The notes: a model not told the origin generated them from the letters alone. 63,549 nt of DNA, filler included, from Octopus bimaculoides (GCF_001194135.2; 8 parts of 8 records of this genome joined end to end with filler, not necessarily neighbours in it); one strand, 5' to 3'; counted from the first letter of the whole stretch, positions 27,376-42,179 are shown. Numbers and translations: made by a program.

Positions 27376-28496
27376 GGTATTTGAATACTATACAAATATG
27401 TTTTTAAAAAGACTTTACATTTAAATTTGCAAAAATTTAATTTTTCCAAAATTTATTATCGATATTTACTGTAGAAATGATCTCAAGGATCGAAAGCGGC
27501 ACTGAAATGTTTTTTGATAAAAGTATTTTAGCATTTCTACTTTGTCTTGGTTGTGAGTGAGTGGGTATAAGAGAGTGGAGAAAGAGAAAAAGAAGGAAAA
27601 AAAAGAAAAAGGGAGAAAAGACATGAACGGGATTGATGCGGGAAAGAATGAATGAGAGTGAAAGTGAAGCAAAATCAAAAATCAAAAATAAATAATCCAT
27701 AATTCTACCAGCTACTACATCAGGTCTACTATTAAATTTGAAAAGAAATATTCTGCACATCTAAACTCTTTTAAAGAGGATAGGAAATCCACGTCCCTAG
27801 CCAACCACATACATCATCTGATAAACAGGAAAGTACCATATAAGATATCCTGGGCCATAATAGATTGTGGAGTCCCATGCTAAGGCCGCGCTTCATATGT
27901 AGACTCAGATTTTTCGACCATTGATCAGTGGTTCGTAAGTCAATAAAAGATCAATAAAAGACAAATATTAGGTGTCAGTAACTAGATCGCTGTTAAGTAC
28001 ATATCATTTACATTCTCTTCGGCTCTAGACAAATCTCAACGATAGCAATATTGTTAAAAAGATCATTACGTGGGAGTCAATGAAGTCGATTTGTCTTCTC
28101 ATATTTGAAGAAATTTTTGGTGTGAAGAAACACAATTTGTTTCGAGAAATCTTTAACATGACAGTGCTATCGAACGCACAACGCGTTCAAGAAAACCTCC
28201 ATATGTTCAAATTTGCCAAATGCGCCCAGAGGAACGGAAACTGTCTAGTCGCAGCCTATCATTGAGTGCTTGTACATTCATGTCAAGTGTTGTTGTAATG
28301 TACAGGATGAATCGAGAATCAGCGAATTCGGCAGTAAAGATAGTCTTGTCACCCCCTTCAAAAGGCTAAGCAATCTATTTTTTCTTGTTTCAAATGAAAT
28401 ATATTTTGTGTTAGTCATTTACTCATATTCCTAGTCTCCCTTCCTAACGATAGGCTGACGCTTAACTGAGAGATTCAGGTTGAGCAGGAAAGAAAT

Positions 28497-29491
28497 TACG
28501 AGGGTTGGCTGGAAATTTCATAGGATGACTAAGGTATACCTATGGAATGTGATCATATGAGGTTCATTTTAAACATATTCCATATTGCGCTTCACACACA
28601 TCGATTGATATTGTAGTGCTTAGATCCCATTGATGAAGGAGCTTTTATATTTTTGGTAAAAGACGTCCCAAACAGCAGGTGTGACGTCATTATCTCTGGG
28701 ATACTGTTTCCTAGCCAAGTCATTTTTCATGTGAAACAGATCATAGTCAAATGAAGTTAAATCAAGATAATAAGAGCCTGATTAACCTTTTTCAAAGCTA
28801 CAGTGACGTACAGCAGCCACTGAATTCAAGGACTCGTGTACTGGAGCATTGTGCTGATGAAACAATAAACCCTTTCGTCAGTTCCTAAGCGTTTTGTCCT
28901 GAAACCATTTCGTAAACGTCCCAACAAGTTGGCATAGTAGCATCCATTGATGAGGAGGCCATTTTAAAGATAAATAGAATGCTTTTGCATCCCCAAAAAT
29001 TGCGGCCATCACCTTCCCTAGAGTTGAAACAACGCTGTCCTTGTTTTGATCAGGTGAATAGACTTATTTCCATTTCATGGATTGCCTTTCTGTCTCTGGT
29101 TCAAATAGATGAACCCAACATTGTTCCTCGGTTTGGAAACGGTCACGGAAACTGGCTGGATGTGCCTGAAACAGTGTGAGATCATTCTCGTGGTATGATC
29201 AGCTTGCTGTGCTTTTAATCAGGTGTCAGAGCACACGAAGAAATGTTCAGCATACTAAGTTCGTTGTGAAGAATATTTTCAACTTTCACACGGGATAAGC
29301 TAATAGCATTGGCTATTTAACTTATAGTCAATCGCCTGTCACCCATCACCATATGGTGAATATGATCAATGTTTTCCTCAGTGGTGGCAGTTACTGGACG
29401 ACCAGCTATTGGGTTATCTTCAAAGCTTTTCCTTCCCCTCCTGAATTCAGGTGCCGAATGTTGCACTGTTGATGAAGCAAAAGCGTCATCC
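28497..29491 (-). mobile_element. Mariner transposon, near-complete decayed copy with 3' TIR
   Basis: TA-CGAGGGTTGGCTGGAAATTTCATAGG TIR at 28497. Minus strand gives EFRRGRKSFEDNPIAGRPVTATTEENIDHIHHMVMGDRRLTI and LFHQHNAPVHESL (HQDNAPAH). Confidence 0.85.
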
Positions 29492-30097
29492 TTAATTTAG
29501 CAGCTATGGCTCCATAAATGTCCTACGAGCCGAAAACCTTTTTACGCAGGTACTATTTAACATCACGATACCAAATTGTGTCCATTTACAAGAGTATGCG
29601 CTACCAACTACATCTGAAGTTTTCTTTGAACTGTCAGATATCAGTTTATCTGGAAAGAAACAACGTAGTTATTAAGATCATATGAGATTAATGCATGAAA
29701 CATTTCACAGGTCTGGCGTTCCTCCTTCATAGTCAGCCTGTGAGGGTTTCACCCTACCCTTTAACTTTTTTTCAGTGAGATATTGTTTTTGAGACTGATG
29801 ACGATTGTGATAAAAGTTGAAGAAGATGATGATATTGCTATTGTTGATAGTGTTAATATTGATGTGGATTATGACAACGATGATGAAAGCGACAACGACA
29901 ATGCTAATGATGATAATAGTGATGAAACGCCGGAAAGGGAACATTTGACAAAATCGATTCCTTCTTAAAGTAATTGAATACTGTATTGATGTGTTAGGCA
30001 TAAATAAATTGTGATGCGTTACATCTTAAACGTACCGCTAATCAGAAGATCTCTTCATGTTTATATTTAGTTATAATAACTACATTACATGAGACTT

Positions 30098-30146
<49 letters not shown>

Positions 30147-30762
30147 CTTCGCGAAATATTTCAAGAATCCGACAGGTCTTCTTCGAATCTGTGTTGTTTT
30201 GAAGGTTAGAAAGAAATATACATTTCGTTTATAATATAGTGTTAAATAACATAAATGACATAGACTCTGCAATGTATTTTTGAATATTAACGATAGACGG
30301 TAACCTCAATACACCTGTGATAAATCTCTAATTCTTCCATAATTTGAGAGAGCTAGAGCACCAACAATAAGAGTGAATAGCAAAATTTCGAAAAGGATAA
30401 TAATGAAAACAGAATGAATAATATAAATAACACACATTTCTGCTGTCTCAAAGAGTTCAAAAATATGAAGCAATAGTTATGAAATATTTTCTCAGAATTT
30501 CCTATTCACAATTTCGGAGACAGTCCTGTTTATTGTATAAACCTATCCCTGCATTTATGTCCATTGAATAAAATGTTAATCGCTGTTGACAGGAATTATG
30601 GCAAACTGTTCAATATTTTTCAGTATTCTGGCCAAAGTTTTCTGACGTGATTTCCCGGTTAATACATGAACATTTCTCGCGTTACGTCTTTTTCGTAATA
30701 GCAGAAAATTTTGTTTTATAATCAGTACTCATAAAAAACTCAATATCCGTTTTCTCTACCGC

Positions 30763-30815
<53 letters not shown>

Positions 30816-32639
30816 NNNNNNNNNNNNNNNNNNNNNNNNNNNNNNNNNNNNNNNNNNNNNNNNNNNNNNNNNNNNNNNNNNNNNNNNNNNNNNNNNNNNN
30901 NNNNNNNNNNNNNNNNNNNNNNNNNNNNNNNNNNNNNNNNNNNNNNNNNNNNNNNNNNNNNNNNNNNNNNNNNNNNNNNNNNNNNNNNNNNNNNNNNNNN
31001 NNNNNNNNNNNNNNNNNNNNNNNNNNNNNNNNNNNNNNNNNNNNNNNNNNNNNNNNNNNNNNNNNNNNNNNNNNNNNNNNNNNNNNNNNNNTATATATAT
31101 ATATATATATTTACGTACATTTATGCGCGTGTATGTGTGTTTATGTGTGTCTGTGTCTGTACTTGTATGCATGTGTATGAACGCATAAAATGTTGAAATC
31201 TTTTCAATAAAACACTTTACGTTCATTCCATTATCTAACATTATTCTGTTAAATAGATTCGAAAATTATAGTTTTCTGTAAGCATTGCTTTTTAACAGAT
31301 TCTAGATTTCTGTTTCTTTGTTATACTCTACTGATGAAATATGTAAATAGCTAGGTATCAGGAGATAAATACTGGACATTTTCTCTGTAAAATAATGTGG
31401 CTGTCAAACCGTCATAATATCCAAGTTGTTAATGATAAAGGTAGCCGCTCCAGGTTTCAATTCAGAATATTTTAATAAAGGCTTTGACAATTTGATTATA
31501 TCAAACATTATGCATACTTAGTGAATCATGAGGTGTTCGACATTAAGAAGAGCTAAAATGGAAGAGCTATTCTTGACGAAAATAATTCACCAACTCAATA
31601 AAGTCGAAATCTTTAAACAGAGAAAATTGTCAAAAATGTCTTGTGACGGACACAACTATTCGCTACTCGATTCTCATGTAGGCATAAATATCTATAAACA
31701 ATAATATATTTCGCTTAATATCATACGTCTTTAAAACTATATCCCCTAAAATTCTGAACACCGACAGTCGAAAATTTGTAATACATTACGATAGATTCAG
31801 ATTTACACTTATAATTGTTTTACATCACAATCAAATACAGTTGTTAGCAACATCAATGAATATCTTATGCGAACTTATGTAAATATATGTTTAAAGATAC
31901 ATGATAATAACACCTGATTATTTTTAAGGAAGGTTAAACAATTACCCTTTATTATTTCTAAATTACTCTAAAAATGATAAATATGAATATAGAGTGATAT
32001 ATTCATTTTCATTTTATAACATATACAATGAATATTTGGAAATTCTTTAACTTTGTTCATTGTATACAGTAACGAGATGTTAGTCAAGAAAGATATTTAA
32101 TGCAGGATTTCACCAGCAGAAATATTTTTTTCATAATATACAGTATTATTACCGATTAAAAATATACTTGTACCCCAAATCGATTATATATGCAGTGGCA
32201 ACAATTCTAATGCAGCGATAAGCAATTATTTACAAACGATTCATATATATTCATGAGGCTCATCTCATATTTTTGAATATGTGGAATAAATGTTTCTACT
32301 TTCTGTAGGAAATGGTTATGCAATTCCTGAATTTCTGATGTTATGGAGTTCACTCTGTGTTACGTATTGATCTTCTAGAACTAGAGGCCAAATGTTCTAT
32401 TCCCGTAAAAATGATGCACCGCATATCGTGTCACTAGAGAACGTACCACATTAAAACCGTGATAACCACGACAATGTTGATCACATTCCGAGCCATACAA
32501 GAGACTAGTAAGAGAGGAGTAAGTCAGCTTTATAGACCTGTACTTTGGGGTCAAATTTAATACCCTTTCATTCGATAGATGATATCAGAGTTTGACAAAT
32601 ACGTTGGTCGTCTTTGCAGGACGGTTGACGATTTCATTA

Positions 32640-33840
32640 TTAAGGGAATCGCTCGAATTCATTTTACGGCCAGGATATGCAAATGACTTCACATAATTTA
32701 GGCTTTTCCAATCAATCTGTATAGTAGTATCAGGGAAATTGTGAACCGGTGGCCTGCGCTTGTCACTTCGGATTTGTATAGGAGTAGGGTAAGGTTGGTA
32801 GATTATTCCGTCTCCTTTATGCTGATGGTCAAGCCTAAGGCTTTACATACAGTAGAAAACCAGTCTAGATGTTCGAGCTTCCTCTAAGGTGGTCGCTACC
32901 AATGCAGCATCATGCGCAAAAGGTAGTTCACGAATTATACTGGTGTGTACCAGTATTCTGGCTTTGAAACGCTCATGATTGAATAGTCCACCACTTGTTC
33001 GAAACAGAAAAATGACACCACTGCCAAAGTATACCTCAGAATGCAAACACAACAGGTGCTATAACGCAACCTTGCTTTGTGACGTTTGTAACGTCAAAGG
33101 AAGCCGAAGATTCCCAACCGGACAATAGAGCAGCCCTCATTCCCTCATAAAAGGAAATGATAACATTTAACATCTCCTTTCAGGTATACCAAGCTTTTCA
33201 AGAACTTTCCAAAGTACTTGCCGGTTAACAGTGTCGAAGGCCTTAGTAAGGTCAACGAATACCATGAACAACTCTTGATTTTTCTCACGTGCCTTTTCTA
33301 TGAGCTGTCGAATGGAAAATATCATGTCGATAGTGCCACCAACAGAAGGAAATCTGCTATTTACAATGTGTTTGATGTTCCTGTCAAGAATGATCTGAAC
33401 AAGAATCGTACCAGCAATAGACAGAAGTGATATCCCACAATGATTATCACATACATTTTTGTTTCCTTTGTTCTTATAAAGATGTTGAATTGAGGCATCG
33501 TTGACGTCGTGTGTTACACGGCCTACAATCCAAATATTTATGAAGAGGTCATGCAATTTCTTATAAAGATTCTGCCCATCATCCTTGTAGATTTAAGGAA
33601 AGAGAGAGAGAGAGAGAGAGAGAGCATCAGTGTCCGGTGCTTTACCAAGAGAGGACTGTTAATCAGCATTTGCGACTTCTAAGGTTGGTTCCTGAGACAG
33701 TTCCTGTATATTTCACTGTGCTATGGAATAGACATTATGACTTCTTCATGAATGACTGAGGTGCAGTTCAACATGGCTTCGAAGTTATTTTTCCATCGTT
33801 TCAGGATGTCATATTTGTCAGATAACAGTGTTTCTCTGTT
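32640..33840 (-). mobile_element. RTE-clade LINE RT fragment, interrupted by (AG)n
   Basis: LYKNKGNKNVCDNHCGISLLSIAG..TIDMIFSIRQLIEKAREKNQELFMVFVDLTKAFDTVNRQVLWKVLEKLGIP, then LGLTISIKET downstream. Confidence 0.9.
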
Positions 33841-36785
33841 GGATGAAAAATAGGAGTAACACCATGCACACACACACACATGTTAACTCCTAAATTATAT
33901 ATAACAGCAGATATATTAAAGTCAACTTTGCATATCCCATTGCAATTATGCAAGAAAGATTTCCTCATTATGTGCTTAAATTTTGCAAGCAGTAAAAGGT
34001 CTGATATTCTAGTGAATTCAAATCTAAAATTGTATTTACCTCAAGAATAATATATCAAATTAGCTTCAAATTTTTATATAAGGCCAGTGATTTTTAGAAG
34101 TAGGTAACCCCCTAAATCAACCCCATTGTTCAAATAGTGTTTATTTTATCAACCCCAGAAAGAACGGAAAGCAAAGCCCACCTGAGCCGAATATTAACTC
34201 AAAATGTATAGACGGACGAAATACCACTAAGCATTTTGGTCGCTGCCTTAAATTATGTATTATAGTAACTATAAACTGATTCCGATATTTATCAGTACTG
34301 TAACAGTCTCCCTTATCAAAACTTTATACATTTTTGCAGTAAAAATGACGTAGGGCATTATGATCAAATTATTTCTGTATTAAATCTGTTTTAGTAATGT
34401 GTCTGTTTGATTTTTGAGAAATTAACTAAGGCTGATTGTCATACAACTTGCTGATACAGGGCAAGAAATACCAATTCTAATAAACGTATTTTTAGAATCT
34501 GACAATGATCGTATTTCTTCAAATCAAGACAAATTGTAATTAGTAAAATTTACTGAATATATTTAAAAACTACAAATGATGTGAAAAACATCATCCTGTT
34601 TAAAACTAATTAAAAATGAAATTGTTCAGTGTACAAATAATTAATTTAATGCATTTTCTATAATTATCACAATGTTTCAGTGAAAAAGAAATATATAGAT
34701 TTTTCCTGATATATTACTCGATTTTACAGTCTAATGTTGTAACGAAAATAATTAAGTTTTACATTTTGCTTTATTGATCGGAAAGACGCATAAATATTCT
34801 TATAATTACTCACGTTCCAAATAATGAGTTCTAGAAACATTTTGTTCTTGGGTGTAGTCATCAATAACGATAAGAGTTGTGCTATGTATTATAGGAATAT
34901 TTATATTCCATAAGAATATTTTTATTATCTTATCATAGCTTTATCCCCTTGATTACAACTAGCGTCATTTTCTCGACCAAGATGTATTTATAACCAAATA
35001 CCAATGCCATGTCCATATAAGAATAATTCCAAAATGAAAAGAAGCAATTAATTATAAAAGAAAATGATCATAAATCTGGTGAGAAAGATAGGTTTAAACA
35101 GTCTCGGGTAATTGACTGAATTCACATTTAAATACAATAGAAACAAATATTTTAATACAAATGAAAATGTAAAGTTTGAGAAACTGGATAGAAATGGCAG
35201 ATCTTTCTGGGAGAATTCAATCAAAGAAACTTCAACAGGAAGATTTGTAATGTCAATGTTCTAGAAAAGATCGGTCATAACTTGACATGTGAAAATGCTT
35301 TTCAAAGAGCATCGTTTTGCATCAGTTATATCAAAACTTGTAAACGATTAAGTACATGTCTAAAAAGGGATTTGATAACATAAAAATAAAAGCGAAATAT
35401 AAAAGCAGACAAAATCACGGGATCCGAAAATGAAATATTGTTTTGTCTAGATTGAAGTTGACTTTCGCAGTAATAACAATATGACGTTGTGAATAATTAT
35501 GATGACGAAGACAATGATAAAGATCTGGTAGGAACGTATGTTTGGTGTTACTGGCACACGACATACACACACATACACACACANNNNNNNNNNNNNNNNN
35601 NNNNNNNNNNNNNNNNNNNNNNNNNNNNNNNNNNNNNNNNNNNNNNNNNNNNNNNNNNNNNNNNNNNNNNNNNNNNNNNNNNNNNNNNNNNNNNNNNNNN
35701 NNNNNNNNNNNNNNNNNNNNNNNNNNNNNNNNNNNNNNNNNNNNNNNNNNNNNNNNNNNNNNNNNNNNNNNNNNNNNNNNNNNNNNNNNNNNNNNNNNNN
35801 NNNNNNNNNNNNNNNNNNNNNNNNNNNNNNNNNNNNNNNNNNNNNNNNNNNNNNNNNNNNNNNNNNNNNNNNNNNNNNNNNNNNNNNNNNNNNNNNNNNN
35901 NNNNNNNNNNNNNNNNNNNNNNNNNNNNNNNNNNNNNNNNNNNNNNNNNNNNNNNNNNNNNNNNNNNNNNNNNNNNNNNNNNNNNNNNNNNNNNNNNNNN
36001 NNNNNNNNNNNNNNNNNNNNNNNNNNNNNNNNNNNNNNNNNNNNNNNNNNNNNNNNNNNNNNNNNNNNNNNNNNNNNNNNNNNNNNNNNNNNNNNNNNNN
36101 NNNNNNNNNNNNNNNNNNNNNNNNNNNNNNNNNNNNNNNNNNNNNNNNNNNNNNNNNNNNNNNNNNNNNNNNNNNNNNNNNNNNNNNNNNNNNNNNNNNN
36201 NNNNNNNNNNNNNNNNNNNNNNNNNNNNNNNNNNNNNNNNNNNNNNNNNNNNNNNNNNNNNNNNNNNNNNNNNNNNNNNNNNNNNNNNNNNNNNNNNNNN
36301 NNNNNNNNNNNNNNNNNNNNNNNNNNNNNNNNNNNNNNNNNNNNNNNNNNNNNNNNNNNNNNNNNNNNNNNNNNNNNNNNNNNNNNNNNNNNNNNNNNNN
36401 NNNNNNNNNNNNNNNNNNNNNATATATATATATATATATATAATTGTCACATTATTTACAGATAAATTCTCCTATTTACATACATACATATATATATGTA
36501 TGTATATATGTATGTATGTATGTACGTATGTGCGTATGTATCTCTGCGTGCATGCACGCATACGTATCTATCTGTACGTATGCCTGCATGGGTGTGGGCT
36601 TATTTTTGTTTTTTGGCACGCGTACTTTTACAGTGCAATAGATGAATGTATGGATGTAACTGAAATTAGTCACTGGCAACGTAAGACATCGAGTTTCAAA
36701 AGACGTTCTGTTCATATTAATTAAAAATTTTGGCTTAAAGGCCATCAGATTTGGGGAAGAGATAAAGTTTACTACATAAATTCCA

Positions 36786-36940
36786 GTGTTCAACCGGTAC
36801 TTATCTCATTTTCTTAAGTATTTTATAGACCCCGAAAAGTTGAAATGCAAAGTTGACCTCGGCGGAATTTCAATTCAGAACGTAAAGACGAACGAAAGGC
36901 CGCTAACCATTTTGTTCAACGTGGTAACGCTTCTTCCAAT
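36786..36940 (-). mobile_element. tRNA-derived SINE, family A
   Basis: gaccccgaaaag..aaagttgacctcggcggaatttc. Confidence 0.75.
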
Positions 36941-39354
36941 TCACCTACTTCCGTCTGTTTATATCCTGGAGATGAATAATTCACCTAATTGAACAGATTC
37001 GCTTTATTAGTTGTAAAGCACATCTGTCCTAGAAATAGGAAATACTATATAGTTTTGAAAATATGTTTATCCCTCAAGGAATATATAAGTTTCAGTTGTG
37101 CGATGTGAAATAGAATGTCACTAGTATAATGGCGACATATCTACTTAGATACACACAGTCAGTCAACCAAAAGCAAACAAGCAGGTTTATAAAAAAGAAT
37201 ATCATTTGATTCTGTTAGTGCTATGCGTGTGCCGAATTTACATATCGTGTTTACATTTGTTTGTTACACACACATGATTAACAAATATAACCTACCAATT
37301 ATACGCAAATATACAATTGTAGAAGCAATATTAGCAATATTTATGTACATGCCTACACGAATAAAGCCACACACCTGCATTCAAAAAATCTGGAAACATA
37401 CTAAAGGTGTTGATATATACACACACAACTATATAAGTGCACACAATTAACTCTGTACATGTGTGTGTGTGTGTGTGTGTGGGTTTGCGTGTACATATGT
37501 GAACAGCAGATGTGTAAGTATTTACACAGACGCACACACTTACACCCAAGATCAGTGACTGAAATAATTAAATGCAACCTGTACGCACATCAAAGTGGAA
37601 TATTTTAGATGTTCAGTATAACATAGTTTTAAATGTATAAATACAAATTGAAGCTCATTTGAATGCTTAAGCAAGAACATATCCCGGAATATGTAAATTA
37701 CTAAAGAGAATCTCTTATATCTTTAGTCATCTTAGAAACTTAGGTAAAAACTGTACAGTACCACAATACGCTTTAAAAATAGTAGTAAGTACACTAACTG
37801 GGAAGCAGAATTTGTTATTGTAGAATAAGATACGTTATATATTAAGTAAGTTCAATCATATTACGTTTCACTTCACATTGTTCAGATCGATGAAAGAAAA
37901 TATGGAACTGATCACCCGTCATTTTCATTTCCATCGCCAACATATTCTTTGAGGAGCAATTTGTTTACCATCAATGAGATGCACTTCCTGCTCGTTTTGC
38001 CACTTTCAGATATATTTTCCAGTCTTATACTTATTCAGAATTTTTCTATTCAAATATTACTATATTCATCACATTAATATCCCTTGTGTAGATACTGTAT
38101 AAGTGTCCTCTAAAATCATCTGTTATATGATGTTCACATTATTACAAGTCATTCTATCATTATACAGTCTTTTCATAAGGTTTTAATTCAAGATAAGTGT
38201 TATAGCCAGAATAATATTGTTGACGAGGGAATATGTATGATCAATCAGTACAAAATCTATACTTTTGGATCACTTCTAACTTGTAATTCAGCAATATTAT
38301 CCCTCTTATAATTCCGTTACGTTGCAACAAATCAATCAAGTTAAACATGGATTTGCTTCGGGTTTTCAATAAATAGCAATATCAGCTATTACTAGATGAT
38401 ATCCATGATATACTTTCGTCTATAGATTTTATTGTAACCTTTTCATTTCTTTTCAAATATCAAAATATCAAAGCATCTAATGTCATGTAACATATTTTGT
38501 CAATTAATTTTACTTCCTTAATATATTTTACGATGACATTTTGTTCTTATAAACATATTTTTGGTAATATATATTCGCATTATTCTGTCTAGTTGCGTAT
38601 TCTCAGTTATTCCTGTTCATCTATATATTTCTTTACTTAATACAATATACACCCTTAATCTTTTGATTTAATATAATTTCCAACCAATCTGCCTTAAACA
38701 AAAATAAATCTTAAGAGAACGAAAAGAGGTAAAAAAATGCATAATGTAACTTGAGACGGATGTTTTTCTTTCTTTATTCAATTGAAAATAGATTTCAACG
38801 GGAATGTTGGGAAATTTGTATTCCATTAACTATATTAATTTTTATATATTTTATTACATGCACCATTCGCTGTTTAACATACGCACGCAGAAAAACGAAA
38901 ATGTACTCTCGTTTCACAATCAAATCAATCCTGATATTCTGTTGCAGATTTAGAGATACAAGAACACAGAGAGACATAATCAAATCTAATCATGTTTTGT
39001 TTGGAATACTAGCAAATATTTCTCAAAATATTATTGAAAATATTGATATGAACGTGAGATATAAGAAAAAAAATGTCCAACATGCAATAAGATCTGCTAT
39101 TTTATCAGAAAGAAACATATTTTATCTGTTCGATAAATGTTTTATTTCCCGCTGTAGCTAATGAATATATTCTTAACGAGGTTCCAGTTCTCATTTATTT
39201 TGTTAATCACAAACATGCACCTTAAAAAATGGCGCACACACATACGCACACACACACATACGCACACACACACACACACACACATACACACACACACAAT
39301 TACACACCCATATATACGTGGTTGTCTACTCTTTCTGCAGAGTTTCACCACCTC

Positions 39355-39780
39355 CTGTACCTACACCTTAGAACCATCATGGTACATGCAGTGGCTTTTA
39401 AAACCAGACAATGTTTTGAAAAGAAACCCACATAGATTACATGTCCGATTTGCACCACCAAGAGCTGCAGTTAAGTTCTGATGGTTGTGGATCTTAAATG
39501 TCAGCTGGTATGATTGCATTCTTCTGATTTTATGAAGATTTCTTTTTCTATATATGCTTGACATCGCTTTGATCATATAATAGTTATTGATCTTAGCGAT
39601 ACTTTCCAACACACGGTCAAGGAATTTGAGCTGGGCACACACTCAACGTGTCTGAAATACGCAGTACCAATAACACACTTAATGCGGAACGTTTCACGGA
39701 ACGCCTTTACATACCAAAAGAAAAAACTCTTGCCTAACCGCTGTCACTACCTAAATAGCTGGTAGTCGAAAGGCGTGGCA
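39355..39780 (-). mobile_element. RTE-like LINE extreme 3' end with terminal zinc finger
   Basis: RTCNLCGFLFKTLSGFKSHC at the end of an R/K-rich segment, as in RTE C-termini. Confidence 0.55.
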
Positions 39781-40231
39781 TTTGCTACTAGTCAGGTCTA
39801 GTGACACCGGTTCACGTATCGGTTTCAGGACAATGTTATGTATTGTAGGACCTATACTATTTAGAGAAAAAAAACACACAGATCTCCGCCGCCTAATATC
39901 CTCCTGCAAACAGATCTCTGACTTGTTCTAGAGAGTTTGTTGCAATTGCTTTCTTCAGAATCATATCCCAATGATGACTAAATTCGTTCCAAAAAAAAAA
40001 AATCATGTAAAAACAACCCCGAAAACAGTCGCAATAATGAAAACATAGAAATCCAAAATTTCAAAATTGCAGGTCCGGATTCAGTCTGAGATGTTTTTAA
40101 TTAACTCATGGAGTCAACTTGGTTCCACAATGCTATGATATGTTGGGCTACGGCCTCCAGGAATAAAGATGAAAAAGTGGGACACACTGACACACTGAAA
40201 TTCACATTTAATAATAATTGTTATATCATAT

Positions 40232-40432
40232 CAAAGCGGTGAGCTGATAGAATCATTAGCACGGCGGGCGAAAGGCTTAGCGGTATTTCGTCCGCCGTTA
40301 GGTTTTGAATTCGTATTCCACTGTGGTCGACTTTACACTTCATCCTTACGGTGTCGATGATATTAGTACCAGTTACAAACAGAAGTCGATGTAATCAATT
40401 TAATTCCTTCCCCCAAAATTTGATATCAACTG
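40232..40432 (+). mobile_element. tRNA-derived SINE, family A
   Basis: aaagcggtgagctgatagaatcattagcacggcgggcgaaaggcttagcggtatttcgtcc..gtcgacttt..ccccaaaattt. Confidence 0.8.
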
Positions 40433-40539
40433 AAAGAATCTATTAAAGTTGAAAAAGTAACACACTGACATTCGCATTTATTATATTAGATAGGTTTCAT
40501 TTTGGGGAAACTGACCTGCCTTGACACTGTTTCCACCAG

Positions 40540-41150
40540 CAAAATTCACTCATAATTTGTCTATAGCCCCAGCATTTCTAAAATGCGAACATTTCCAACG
40601 CGGTGTCAAGAAAATGTTATAATAAAGAATATTGCAACAACTCCTGAAGGGCACATGGATAACTGAATGAGACATAGCTCTGTATGACTAACACCCAGAG
40701 AGCAGAAGCAAGTGACACAATCAAAACTCAAAGTGTCTTGAACACATCTGGATTTTAAATTATGCGTCTGGCTCATCCAACTTGGAGACATTTACCAAAA
40801 ACATTCCTAGCTCTGGCTATGTAGTTTACTATTGAATATTTTATCGTTTATCGACAGAGGCACTTCGATTAAGTCTACTCCTCTGATATGTAAACTTCTT
40901 TATATATTTCTCGTTTTACTCATCGTTGATGATACGTGTAGTAGAGAGAAGATGAACTGGTGGTTGTTTTATACGTCTGGATTTCTTACAGACCAGCCTT
41001 GGATGGTGGGCGTCTTCTCACTTTGTAAAGTTGATCGTGAGTCCAAAATATTCAAATATTACGGACACGATTGCCGAGACTCTGAGATATTTTGCCTCAA
41101 GTGCATCAGCAGCAGCAAACAGGAAACCTTGAGTTGTTGTCATTTGAACT
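40540..41150 (-). mobile_element. Highly decayed RTE-like RT fragment
   Basis: FLFAAADALEA..FEYFGLTINFTK resembles LLFADDCALxA..FGLTINxKKT; weak downstream C-terminal similarity. Confidence 0.45.
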
Positions 41151-41237
41151 CGTACGAAATTACGAAAACGTACGTCGTTAATTGATTCCTAGACATGTGA
41201 TTTCATTCAAAATCCGAGATGACACGAAGGAAAGTTC

Positions 41238-42047
41238 GTTTGGTCTGGGTATAATAGTCCGAAGTGCACTAAATCTTTCGTATCCCAACAAAGAAATAAC
41301 AACACCTTATGTCGATGAAGACTTTCTTTAGCCTGGGGTACCGGAGTTTCTCCTTTCCTTACTTATTGTCTTCAGCGCTTGACATATTTATAGAGAACCC
41401 ATTTCTCATCACCAATCATTATTCGGTCCCAAAAAGTTCCGTTCGTGAGACGTGGCACTAAAGAAGAGCACACATTCACTCTCTGCGCACGATTAGACTA
41501 GGAAAGTTTGAGAGGGACTCATTGATCCAATTTGCTGACTTTTCCGATGGCACGCAGGTGTCGATGAATGGTTGAATGACCACATCCAAGCATCTCTACT
41601 AGATTCTCAGCAGTTTCAATGGGATTTTATTCCATCAGGGTTTGCAGGACGCCCTCGTCGAGTTCTACAGATCTTCCAGGACGAGGTGCGTCTTCTAGGC
41701 TGTAGGTTCCGGCTTGGAATTTCTGGAACCACCGTCGAAACTGGCGTACGTTTAATGTCCGATTACCATATAATGCATTCCTCTCACTTTCCGTTTCGTT
41801 GTTGCTTTTATTGAACTCATAAAGTAAAATATGCCGAACATGCTTCTCTGTCACATCCATTTTAGCTTCGAAGAAATACCTGTTAAAATCGAACTGCACT
41901 CTTCAAAACTTGCACTAAGAATAATTACAGGGTAAATATACTATCTGCTTTTATAGCAAGTTGATGCAGGTAGTTTATCCTGGCCCCCTCCGACTTTTAG
42001 TTCATGCAATTGAAAAATCAACGCATTATTCATGGGATGACCCAATA
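41238..42047 (-). mobile_element. Mariner transposon, 5' half with left TIR
   Basis: MDVTEKHVRHILLYEFNK..RRWFQKFQAGTYSLEDAPRPGRSVELD..AKESLHRHKVLLFLCWDTK. TIR acgcattattcatgggatgacccaata ends at TA (42046-42047). Confidence 0.88.
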
Positions 42048-42179
42048 CATAAAAAAGATATTTACTTAACTGATGACGCAGATACGCTTCATTGGTAGGA
42101 GGTGGAATTTAGAGAGGCATATAGTTTTCAGTATTGACATTTAAGTCGGTGGAATTGGTTCATCAGGAAATGTTTCGAA

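Noticed and set aside
29783-29968. Acidic D/N-rich ORF
   Set aside because: Decayed (GAT)/(GAC) trinucleotide repeat with no splice or domain support.
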